Positions 15,826-24,413 of a stretch of 64,000 nt of DNA are shown piece by piece (the first letter of the stretch is position 1; every line of letters starts with the position of its first letter). The position numbers and the translations under genes were made by a program. Source of the DNA: Acidobacteriota bacterium (GTDB taxonomy: Bacteria; Acidobacteriota; Terriglobia; Terriglobales; SCQP01); assembly GCA_021818955.1 (NCBI GenBank), contig JAKASR010000010.1:27147-91146 (forward strand). The letters are read 5' to 3'. Under the pieces are notes generated by a model. That model was not told where the DNA came from. It searched no databases and saw only the letters and a program-made list of their open reading frames with translations.

Positions 15826-18800
15826 TATTTCTCAATTTGAATGGCATGGCGGCCGCCGCCGGGAAAGATGCCGCGCACAATCAGGTAAAGGGCGGGAATA
15901 AAGATGAGGTTGAGAGTCGAGGCCAGCAGCATGCCTCCGAAAACCGCGGTGCCGACGGAATGGCGGGCGGCGGAGCCCGAACCGGTGGCGATCAGCAGCG
16001 GGATCAAACCCGACATGAACGCCACCGAGGTCATCAGGATGGGCCGCAGCCGCACCCGCGCCGCCTCCAGCGTGGCATCCAGCAGCGACATGCCGCGGTC
16101 GCGCAACTGTTCGGCGAATTCCACGATCAGAATGGAATTCTTACTGGCCAGCCCGATCAGCATCACCAGGCCGATCTGGCAGTAAACGTCGTTGTTGAGC
16201 CCGCGCAACCATTGCGCGCCGAGCGCGCCCAGCATCGCCGCCGGCACCGCCAGCATGACGATAAAGGGCAGCACCCAGCTCTCATACTGCGCCGCCAGGG
16301 TGAGATAGACCACCAGAAACCCGAGCGCGAACAGCATCACTACCTGGCTGCCCGACCGCAGTTCCTCCAACGACAGCCCGGTCCAGGCGATCGTCATGCC
16401 GCGCGGCAGCACCTTTTTCGCCAGCCGGTCCATCCGCGTCATCGCCTGTCCGGAGCTGGTGCCGGGCGCGGCCGAGCCGTCGATTTCGGCCGAGCGGAAC
16501 AGGTTGTAATGGTCGATAGTCTGCGGCGCCGAGGCGTAGCCGATGTGCACCAGATGCGCCAGCGGAATCATGCGCTGGGTATTATCGCTTCGGACATAGT
16601 ATTCGGCGATATCCCGCGGATTGCGGCGATAGGGAGCGTCGGCCTGCACGTAAACGCGGTAGGCGCGGTGGTTGAAATCGAAGTTGTTGACGTACACCGA
16701 TCCCATGTAGGTCTGCAACGCGCTGGTAATCTGCCCCAGCGGCACTTGCAGGCTCTTGGCCAGGTTGCGGTGAATCTGGACCTGGATTTGCGGATCGTTG
16801 GCGGTAAAAGTGGTGAAGACGCCGCGCAATGCCGGCTGCGCGCTCCCGGCCCGCGCCAGCGCCTGCGTCGCCGCGGCGAGTTGCTGCTCGCCGGCGCCGC
16901 TCTGATTCAGCACCTCGAGCTGGAAGCCGCCAAACGTGCCCAGCCCCTGGATAGCCGGCGGCAGAATCGGCTGCACCAGCGCCCCGGGAATGGCGAAAAA
17001 TTGCCGTTGCAGCCGCGCCACCAGCGCCTGGGCGGAATGTTGCCTTCCCACCCGCTGGCTATAGGGCTTGAGATCGACAAACATCATGCCGGTATTGGAT
17101 CCGGCGCCGGTGAAACTGAAGCCGGAGATGGCGAACGCGCCCTCGACTTCCGGCTGGCGGGCGAGGATGGCCTGCGCCTGGCGCAGGATGCCGGCGGTGT
17201 AGCCGAGCGAGGCGCCCGGCGGCGCCTGCGCCAGCACCATGACGTATCCCTGATCTTCGGCGGGCACGAATGCGCTGGGCACCTGGCGAAAGACAAACCA
17301 GGCCAGTGCCGCGGTCGCCAGGAACAACAGCGCCAGCGCCCAGCGCCAGCGCAACAGCACCGACAGCGTGCGGCGATAGAAGGCGGTGATGCCGTGAATC
17401 AGGCCTTCAATCCAGCCCCAAACGCCTTGTTTATGCCGCGCCTCGCGCAGCAAAATCGCCGACAGCGCCGGCGACAAGGTCAGCGCGTTAAAGGCCGAGA
17501 TGGCGATGGCAAAGGCGATGGTCAGGCCGAACTGGCGGAAGAGAATGCCGGTGGTGCCGGGAAACAGCGCCACCGGCACAAAAACGGAAATCAGCACCAG
17601 CGAGGTGGCGACGACGGCGCTGGTGATTTCGCTCATGGCCACCGAGGTGGCGCGATGCGGTTCGGTTACGCCTTCGGAAAGATGGCGCTCGACATTTTCG
17701 ATCACCACGATCGCGTCGTCCACCACCAGGCCGGTGGCCAGCACCAGCGCGAACAGCGTCAGCGTGTTGATGGAAAAGCCGAAGAGCTTGACGAACGCGA
17801 AGGTGCCGACCAGCGATACGGGAATGGTGGCGGCGGGGATCAGGGTGGTGCGCCAGTCTTGCAGAAAAAGAAAGATGACGAAGATGACGATCAGGACGGC
17901 TTCGCCCAGGGTAATCAGCACGTCGCGAATCGAATCGCGCACCGCGGTGGTCGTGTCGAAAGCGATGGCGTACTGCAGGCCGGGGGGGAATTGGGGCTTC
18001 AGCCGCGCCAGTTCCGCCTTGACCGCCGCATCCACCTGGAGGGCGTTGGCATTGGGCAATTGCTGCACGCCCAAGCCGATCAACTGCCTTCCATTAAATT
18101 CCAGGTGGGTGGAATAATCCTGCGCGCCCAGTTGCGCCCGGCCGACGTCGCCCAGCTTGATCAGGCCGCCGTTGGGCAGCGTCTTGAGCACGATATCGTC
18201 AAACTGCGCCGGCTGGGTGAGGCGCCCGGCGGCGCGCACCGAGAATTGATAGGCTTGGCCGGCGGGCGCGGGCGGGGCGCCGATCTCGCCGGCGGCGATT
18301 TCGACGTTCTGTTCCTGCAAGGCCGAGATGACGTCGCCGGCGGTCAGCCCGCGCGCCGCCAGGCGCAGCGGGTCGAGCCAGATGCGCATGGCATAGGTGC
18401 GCTGGCCAAAGACATTCACGTTGGCCACGCCGGGCACGCGCGCGATGGCGTCGGCGACGTACACGCTGAGATAGTTGCTGATGAACAGATTGCTGTATTG
18501 ATGATGGGGCGAGTAAAAGCCGGCCGCCAGTATGAAGCCGGCGCCGCTTTTGGCGATGGAGATGCCGTTGGTGATCACCGAGGCCGGCAATTGTCCTTCG
18601 ACGCTGTTGATCCGGTTCTGGATATCCACCGCCGCCAGATCGAGATTGCGGGTGACGTCGAAGGTCGCGGTGATGGTGCTGACGCCGTTATTGGTGCTGC
18701 TGGAGGCGATGTAGCGCAGCCCGATGGCGCCGTTGATGGCCTCTTCCAGCGGGGTGGTCACCGCCGATTCCACTTCCTGCGCGCTGGCGCCGGTGTAAAT

Positions 18801-18941
18801 GCTGGTCACGGTCACCGTGGGCGGCGCCAGTTGCGGATACTGCGCCACCGGCAGGGTGGGAATCGCCATCGCGCCGGCGAGAATGATGATCAGGGCGCAG
18901 ACCGTGGCGAAGATCGGGCGGCGGATGAAAAAATCGACCAT
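15825..18941 (-). CDS. RND (AcrB/HAE1-type) efflux transporter permease
   Basis: 1038 aa. N-terminus MVDFFIRRPIFATV. Two large periplasmic loops and 12 predicted TM segments; conserved TM4 region (LATGLVVDDAIVVIENVERH). Confidence 0.95.
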   Translation of the reverse strand: MVDFFIRRPIFATVCALIIILAGAMAIPTLPVAQYPQLAPPTVTVTSIYTGASAQEVESAVTTPLEEAINGAIGLRYIASSSTNNGVSTITATFDVTRNLDLAAVDIQNRINSVEGQLPASVITNGISIAKSGAGFILAAGFYSPHHQYSNLFISNYLSVYVADAIARVPGVANVNVFGQRTYAMRIWLDPLRLAARGLTAGDVISALQEQNVEIAAGEIGAPPAPAGQAYQFSVRAAGRLTQPAQFDDIVLKTLPNGGLIKLGDVGRAQLGAQDYSTHLEFNGRQLIGLGVQQLPNANALQVDAAVKAELARLKPQFPPGLQYAIAFDTTTAVRDSIRDVLITLGEAVLIVIFVIFLFLQDWRTTLIPAATIPVSLVGTFAFVKLFGFSINTLTLFALVLATGLVVDDAIVVIENVERHLSEGVTEPHRATSVAMSEITSAVVATSLVLISVFVPVALFPGTTGILFRQFGLTIAFAIAISAFNALTLSPALSAILLREARHKQGVWGWIEGLIHGITAFYRRTLSVLLRWRWALALLFLATAALAWFVFRQVPSAFVPAEDQGYVMVLAQAPPGASLGYTAGILRQAQAILARQPEVEGAFAISGFSFTGAGSNTGMMFVDLKPYSQRVGRQHSAQALVARLQRQFFAIPGALVQPILPPAIQGLGTFGGFQLEVLNQSGAGEQQLAAATQALARAGSAQPALRGVFTTFTANDPQIQVQIHRNLAKSLQVPLGQITSALQTYMGSVYVNNFDFNHRAYRVYVQADAPYRRNPRDIAEYYVRSDNTQRMIPLAHLVHIGYASAPQTIDHYNLFRSAEIDGSAAPGTSSGQAMTRMDRLAKKVLPRGMTIAWTGLSLEELRSGSQVVMLFALGFLVVYLTLAAQYESWVLPFIVMLAVPAAMLGALGAQWLRGLNNDVYCQIGLVMLIGLASKNSILIVEFAEQLRDRGMSLLDATLEAARVRLRPILMTSVAFMSGLIPLLIATGSGSAARHSVGTAVFGGMLLASTLNLIFIPALYLIVRGIFPGGGRHAIQIEK

Positions 18942-18948
18942 GGCTCCG

Positions 18949-20073
18949 CTATTTTCCGCGTCGGGCGGCGGCGGCGGGAGGGCGCGGCGGCAGGGGCACG
19001 ACCGGCATGCCGGAAACCAGAAATTGCGTGTCCGAAACGATCAGGCGGTCGCCGGGGCGCAAGCCGCTTTTGACAACGTAGTTGTTGCCCACAATCGCCC
19101 CGACGGTCAGTAAAACCTGGCGCGCAACAAAGCCCCGCGGGCCGGGCGCGGCGATGAAAGCGAACTGGCGGCCGTTGATCTGGCTGATGTCGAGCACCGG
19201 CGCCAGGATGGCCGGGCGCGTGCCCCAGACAATCCGCGCTTTGACATATTGCTGATTCCGCAAGCCCCCGCCTTCATCGCCGAACACCGCCTTGACCAGC
19301 ACGGTCTGGGCGGTGGCGTCCACCTGCGGCGAAATAAAGCGGATGCGGCTGGTCGCCAGCACCCGGCCGTTCGCGTTCACCAACTGCACCGCCAGCCCGG
19401 GACGCAATTGCCGCGCCCGCTCCACCGGCACATAAATATAGGCTTCGAGATTGCCGGGCTGGACCACGGTGGTGAGCGGCGTGGCATTGGAAACCAGGTC
19501 GCCCACATGCACGGGAATATCGCCGACGATGCCGGCGCGGGGGGCGACAATATCGTAGTAGCGAAGCTGAACCCGCTGCGCGCGCAACTGCGCGCGCAGG
19601 GCGGCCAATTGCGCGCGCGCATTGGCATAGGTCGAGCGGGCCTGCTCGACGTCCTGGCGCGAGACCACTTTGGCCCGCCATAGCGCTTCGGCGCGCCGCA
19701 GTTGCTGGCGGTCGTAGCTCAGCAGCGCCGCTTGCGCCCGCAAGGCTTCGCTCTGGCTTTTCACCGTGGCCTGCTGCTTGAGCGGATCCACCATCATCAG
19801 CAGCTGCCCGGCGCGCACCCGGTCGCCGGAATGGACGCGAATCTGGCGGATGTAGCCGGTAACCTGCGGATACAGGGTCGCGGTTTGCCGCGAGAGCAGC
19901 GTGGCGACGTATTGCGTGGTCTGGCTGACCGGTGTCCAGCGCACCGGCTGCACCACGACCGGCATCGCGCGCAGAGCCGGCGCCGGCGCGGCGTGGCGGG
20001 CGCATCCGGCGGCGAGCGCGGCCAGGCCGGCGGCGAGCGCCCCGGCAATATAGGAGCGATGCGACGATCTCAT
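18949..20073 (-). CDS. efflux RND transporter periplasmic adaptor (MFP) subunit
   Basis: ORF 18949..20172; preferred ATG at 20073 (MRSSHRSYIAGALAAGLAALAAGC, lipobox-like). Coiled-coil hairpin region, then barrel-sandwich and beta-barrel regions. Located 7 nt upstream of the RND gene. Confidence 0.9.
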   Translation of the reverse strand: MRSSHRSYIAGALAAGLAALAAGCARHAAPAPALRAMPVVVQPVRWTPVSQTTQYVATLLSRQTATLYPQVTGYIRQIRVHSGDRVRAGQLLMMVDPLKQQATVKSQSEALRAQAALLSYDRQQLRRAEALWRAKVVSRQDVEQARSTYANARAQLAALRAQLRAQRVQLRYYDIVAPRAGIVGDIPVHVGDLVSNATPLTTVVQPGNLEAYIYVPVERARQLRPGLAVQLVNANGRVLATSRIRFISPQVDATAQTVLVKAVFGDEGGGLRNQQYVKARIVWGTRPAILAPVLDISQINGRQFAFIAAPGPRGFVARQVLLTVGAIVGNNYVVKSGLRPGDRLIVSDTQFLVSGMPVVPLPPRPPAAAARRGK

Positions 20074-20190
20074 GCTTTTCCTGATACGCCGAATTGGGAA
20101 TGAATATTTCCGCAATCCATTATCGCCCGCGCCCATGCGCTCCCGCGGCGATCGCGAAGAGATTTTGCGCAAGCATCATGCCGGCGGAGG

Positions 20191-20220
20191 TTGACAGCCC
20201 GGAGCGCGCAACCGTATAGT
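20191..20220 (+). promoter_or_regulatory. sigma-70-like promoter candidate for the nuo operon
   Basis: TTGACA (20191..20196), 18-nt spacer, TATAGT (20215..20220), about 155 nt upstream of the nuoA ATG. Confidence 0.4.
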
Positions 20221-20374
20221 CAAAAGTTCGCTGCAGTGCACCGGTGCGTGCCGGCGCCTCGATTCTGGTTCCGAAACCGGTCATCCGCCTGCGGCGGACG
20301 CCGGGGTCGCTTCCCGCCGGCGGCAGCCGGCGGAAACTGTATCCGCCAAAAGCGGGCCCATTTTATAGCCGAGC

Positions 20375-20791
20375 ATGATCGCTGTCGCATCCGCCACTTC
20401 CGCCACGCCCGGCCCCTATATCGTTCACTATTTGCCGGTGCTGATCCAGTTTGTGCTGGCGCTGGGCTTCGCGCTAGTGGTGGTGGGCCTCTCGTACGTC
20501 ATCGGGCAGCACCGCAACACAAAACGCAAGCTGACCCCCTATGAATGCGGCGTGCCGCCGATCGGCGACGCCCAGCATCGCTTCGCGGTCAAGTTCTACC
20601 TGGTCGCCATCGTTTTCATCCTGTTCGATATCGAAGCGGTTTTTCTGCTGCCCTGGGCGGTGGTTTTTCACCATCTGCTGCTCTTCGGCTTTTTTGAAAT
20701 GCTGGTGTACATGGCGATCGTGTTGACCGGGTTTTATTACATTTGGCGCAAGGGCGTATTGGATTGGAACCAACCGGAGCGCGCGGAATGA
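20375..20791 (+). CDS. nuoA: NADH-quinone oxidoreductase subunit A
   Basis: 138 aa, three TM segments, conserved LTPYECGVPP and FDIEAVFLLPWA motifs. Confidence 0.92.
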   Translation: MIAVASATSATPGPYIVHYLPVLIQFVLALGFALVVVGLSYVIGQHRNTKRKLTPYECGVPPIGDAQHRFAVKFYLVAIVFILFDIEAVFLLPWAVVFHHLLLFGFFEMLVYMAIVLTGFYYIWRKGVLDWNQPERAE

Positions 20792-20819
20792 TGAGGCGCG
20801 CCCGCGAGTTTACCCGAGT

Positions 20820-21296
20820 ATGGCTCTGAACGAAGACATTGCCGCTCACCCGGCGGCGCAACGGCTGCAAGCCCTGCTTCCAGGCTCGATCGAGCGCCTG
20901 CGGCACGACCGCGGCGAGCTCTCGATCTGGATTCCGGCGGCGCAATGGGGACAGGCCGCCGCCGCCTTGCGCGATGACGCCGAACTGGATTTCAAGCTGC
21001 TCTGCGACTTGAGTTGCGCCGACTGGCGCACCACCGCGCCGCGGTTTGAACTGGCCTACCAGCTTTATTCGCTCAACCGCCGCGACTGGCTGCGGGTGAA
21101 GGTCGGCGCCGACGAAACCCAGCCGGTTCCCACCGTGACCGGCATCTGGCCGACCGCCAACTGGTTTGAACGCGAAATTTTCGATTTGTTCGGCATCCGT
21201 TTCGAGGGACATCCCGACCTGCGCCGCATCGTGCTACCGGAAAACTGGGAAGGCCACCCGCTGCGCAAGGATTATCCGGTGGAGGGCTACCGTTAA
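20820..21296 (+). CDS. nuoC: NADH-quinone oxidoreductase subunit C
   Basis: 158 aa with the 30-kDa subunit motif PTANWFEREIFDLFGIRFEGHPDLRRI. Starts 28 nt after the nuoA stop. Confidence 0.92.
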   Translation: MALNEDIAAHPAAQRLQALLPGSIERLRHDRGELSIWIPAAQWGQAAAALRDDAELDFKLLCDLSCADWRTTAPRFELAYQLYSLNRRDWLRVKVGADETQPVPTVTGIWPTANWFEREIFDLFGIRFEGHPDLRRIVLPENWEGHPLRKDYPVEGYR

Positions 21297-22525
21297 TGAG
21301 CGCCTCTGACAACCTCGGCGCCGCCGCTTCCGGTATTGGCCTGGAGCGCGCCGATGCCGAGGGCCGGCACCTGGTCTTGAACATGGGGCCGCAGCACCCC
21401 TCCACCCACGGCGTGCTGCGCCTGCTTCTGGAACTTGACGGCGAGGTGGTGGTTAAAGCCCAGCCCGATATCGGCTATCTCCACACCGGAATTGAAAAAA
21501 GCTGCGAGTCGAAATTCTATCAGCAGGCGGTGACGCTGACCGACCGCATCGATTACCTCTGCCCGCTGACCAACAATCTCTGTTACGTGCTGGCGGTGGA
21601 AAAGCTGCTCCAGCTTCAGCCGCCGCGCAAGGCCGCCTGGACGCGGGTGATGCTCAATGAGCTGACCCGCCTGAACAGCCACCTGGTCTGGCTGGGCACC
21701 CATGCGCTCGATATCGGCGCCATGACCGTCTTCCTCTACTGCTTCCGCGAGCGCGAGGAAATTCTCAAAATCTTTGAGTATGCCAGCGGCCAGCGCATGA
21801 TGACTTCGTATTTCCGCATCGGCGGCTTGGCGCTGGAGCCCCCGCTCGGCATGCTCGAGCGGGTGAAAAAATTCATTGACTACTTCCCCGGCCGGGTGGA
21901 TGAATACGAGGCGCTGCTGACCCGCAACGCCATCTGGCGCGGCCGCACCCGCGGCGTCGGCTATATCTCCCCCGCGGACGCGATTGCCTGGGGAGTCACC
22001 GGCCCCTGCCTGCGCGCCGCCGGGGTCTCGCTCGATTTGCGCCGCGACCAGCCCTATTCCTGCTATGAAGAATTCCAGTTCGAGGTGCCGGTGCGCACCG
22101 AGAGCGACGTTTATTCGCGCTACCTGATCCGGCTGCAGGAGATGCGCGAGAGCGTGAAAATCATCCGCCAGGCGGTGGAAGGCATGCCCGAAGGCGACTT
22201 CAAGGCCGACGTTCCGGGCGTCACCCTGCCCGACCGCGACCAGATGAAGTCGGAGATGGAAGCCCTGATCTATCACTTTAAGATCGTGACCGAAGGCTTT
22301 GCCGTCCCCCCCGGCGAGGTGTATCAGGCGGTGGAATCGCCCCGCGGCCAGATGGGCTATTACGTGGTCAGCGATGGCGGCCCGCGGCCTTACCGGGTGC
22401 ACATGCGCTCGCCTTCCTATGTCAACCTGCAAGCCCTGCCCAAGATGGTTGAAGGGCGCCTGCTGGCCGACGTGGTCGCGGTCATCGGAAGCATCGATAT
22501 TGTTTTAGGCGAGGTGGACCGCTGA
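21296..22525 (+). CDS. nuoD: NADH-quinone oxidoreductase subunit D
   Basis: 409 aa. Motifs NMGPQHPSTHGVLRL and C-terminal SIDIVLGEVDR. TAATG overlap with nuoC. Confidence 0.95.
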   Translation: MSASDNLGAAASGIGLERADAEGRHLVLNMGPQHPSTHGVLRLLLELDGEVVVKAQPDIGYLHTGIEKSCESKFYQQAVTLTDRIDYLCPLTNNLCYVLAVEKLLQLQPPRKAAWTRVMLNELTRLNSHLVWLGTHALDIGAMTVFLYCFREREEILKIFEYASGQRMMTSYFRIGGLALEPPLGMLERVKKFIDYFPGRVDEYEALLTRNAIWRGRTRGVGYISPADAIAWGVTGPCLRAAGVSLDLRRDQPYSCYEEFQFEVPVRTESDVYSRYLIRLQEMRESVKIIRQAVEGMPEGDFKADVPGVTLPDRDQMKSEMEALIYHFKIVTEGFAVPPGEVYQAVESPRGQMGYYVVSDGGPRPYRVHMRSPSYVNLQALPKMVEGRLLADVVAVIGSIDIVLGEVDR

Positions 22526-23118
22526 TGGCGATCTTCAGCCCCGCATTGGAAGAACGCTTTCGCAAGCTGCTGGAAGCTTATCCGGTGAAGCGCTCGGCGC
22601 TGGTGCCGATGCTGCTGTATGCCCAGGATGAGCTCGGCTGGCTGACGCCCGAGGCGATTTCCGCCATCGCCGCCCGCCTGGAACTGCCGGAAATCGCCGT
22701 GCGCGAAACCATCGGCTATTACACCATGCTGCGCACCCAGCCGGCCGGGCGCTATCACGTGCAGGTCTGCACCAATATCAGTTGTCTGCTGCGCGGCGGC
22801 AATCGCATTCTGGAACACTGCCGCCAGCGCCTGGGCGAAGGCCCGGCTTCCGAAGACGGCGTGTTCTCGCTGGAAGAGGTGGAATGCATGGGCGCCTGTA
22901 GCTGGGCCCCGGCCATCCAGGTCAACTACGACTTCTTCCACGATCTCACCCCCGAGCGCGTCGACCGGATTCTCGAAGCTTACCGCCGCGGCGCGCCGCC
23001 CCAACCCGACGCCTCCTACGCCAGCAATGCGGCCACCACCGCCGGCCAAGCCGCTTCTTCATCGAACGGTTCCAGCGGCGCGGCGGCCAAAGGCCCGTCC
23101 GGAAAGGAAGGGGCATGA
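22525..23118 (+). CDS. nuoE: NADH-quinone oxidoreductase subunit E
   Basis: 197 aa. 2Fe-2S ligand pattern (VCTNISC...ECMGACSWAP). Ser/Ala-rich C-terminal tail. Confidence 0.92.
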   Translation: MAIFSPALEERFRKLLEAYPVKRSALVPMLLYAQDELGWLTPEAISAIAARLELPEIAVRETIGYYTMLRTQPAGRYHVQVCTNISCLLRGGNRILEHCRQRLGEGPASEDGVFSLEEVECMGACSWAPAIQVNYDFFHDLTPERVDRILEAYRRGAPPQPDASYASNAATTAGQAASSSNGSSGAAAKGPSGKEGA

Positions 23119-24413
23119 GCCATCCCGCCGAAGTCCGAGTCGTCAGCCAACGCTTCGACGACGCCGCCGCCTCGACCCTGGCCGGCTACCGCGCCAGCGA
23201 GGGCTTTCGCGCCCTGGAAAAGGCGCTGGCCATGACGCCCGCCGCCATCATTGACGAAGTCAAGCAGTCCGGCCTGCGCGGCCGCGGCGGCGCCGGCTTC
23301 CCCACCGGCATGAAATGGTCGTTCGTGCCGGCGCAATCGGCCAAGCCGAAATACGTGCTCTGCAATGCCGATGAAAGCGAGCCGGGCACCTGCAAAGACC
23401 GCCTGATTCTGGAACGCGATCCTTTTTCCATCCTGGAAGGCATGGCAATCTGCGGCCGCGCCATCGGCGCCCAACGGGGATATGTCTTCATCCGGGGCGA
23501 GTACCGCTACCTGATCGAGATCATGGAACGCGCCATCCAGGAAGCCTATGCCGCCGGCCTGCTGGGTAAAAATATCCTGGGCAGCGATTTTGAGTTCCAT
23601 ATCGCCGCGCATTCCGGCGCCGGCGCTTATGAATGCGGCGAGGAATCCGCTTTGATGGAATCGCTCGAGGGCAAGCGCGGCATCCCGCGCCTGAAGCCGC
23701 CCTTTCCCGCCATTTCGGGCCTGTACGGCGGCCCCACCATTATCAATAATGTCGAAACCCTGGCCAGCGTGCCGCACATTATTCTCGGCGGCGGCGCTTG
23801 GTTTGCCGCCTTCGGCCCTCCGAAAAACGGGGGCACCCGCCTGTTCTGCCTCAGCGGACACGTCCAGCGTCCCGGCGTTTACGAACTGCCGCTCGGCTTC
23901 CCGATGAAGCGCCTGATCGAAGAAATCGGCGGCGGCATTCCCGGCGGCCGCAAACTCAAAGCCGTGGTGCCCGGCGGCAGCTCGACTCCCATCCTTACCG
24001 CCGACGAAGCCCTCAACGTCAACCTGGATTTCGACTCGGTCGCCAAGGCGGGCTCGTTTCTGGGCTCCGGCGGCGTGGTGGTGGTGGACGAGCACGCCTG
24101 CATGGTCGAGTTTGCGCTGCGCATCATGCGTTTTTACCGGCATGAATCCTGCGGCTGGTGCGTCCCCTGCCGCGAAGGCACCAACTGGCTGGAGCTGACG
24201 CTGCGCCGTTTTCATGGCGGCGGCGGCCGGCAGCAGGATATCGACCTGATCCGCGGCGTTTCGGAAAACATTCTGGGCCGGACTTTCTGCCCGCTGGGCG
24301 ATGCGGCGGCGATGCCCACCATCTCGATCGTGCAAAAATTCCGCAGCGAGTTCGAAGATCACCTGAACGGACGGGCCTGCCCGTCCGCGGCCGGAAATGG
24401 GACCGGAGCATGA
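23115..24413 (+). CDS. nuoF: NADH-quinone oxidoreductase subunit F
   Basis: 432 aa. FMN/NADH motifs GLRGRGGAGFPTG and CNADESEPGTCKDR. 4Fe-4S motif ESCGWCVPCREG. Confidence 0.95.
   Translation: MSHPAEVRVVSQRFDDAAASTLAGYRASEGFRALEKALAMTPAAIIDEVKQSGLRGRGGAGFPTGMKWSFVPAQSAKPKYVLCNADESEPGTCKDRLILERDPFSILEGMAICGRAIGAQRGYVFIRGEYRYLIEIMERAIQEAYAAGLLGKNILGSDFEFHIAAHSGAGAYECGEESALMESLEGKRGIPRLKPPFPAISGLYGGPTIINNVETLASVPHIILGGGAWFAAFGPPKNGGTRLFCLSGHVQRPGVYELPLGFPMKRLIEEIGGGIPGGRKLKAVVPGGSSTPILTADEALNVNLDFDSVAKAGSFLGSGGVVVVDEHACMVEFALRIMRFYRHESCGWCVPCREGTNWLELTLRRFHGGGGRQQDIDLIRGVSENILGRTFCPLGDAAAMPTISIVQKFRSEFEDHLNGRACPSAAGNGTGA

Noticed and set aside
15837-19073. 1078-aa plus-strand ORF covering the whole RND gene and part of the adaptor gene.
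   Set aside because: It is antisense to an unmistakable AcrB-type gene. Its translation is monotonous R/G/H/D/Q-rich with no motif. This is a typical stop-codon-poor shadow frame in GC-rich DNA.
15825-20073. The RND pump operon lacks an outer-membrane factor gene.
   Set aside because: Two-gene MFP-RND operons that use an unlinked TolC-like channel are common, so this is not unusual.
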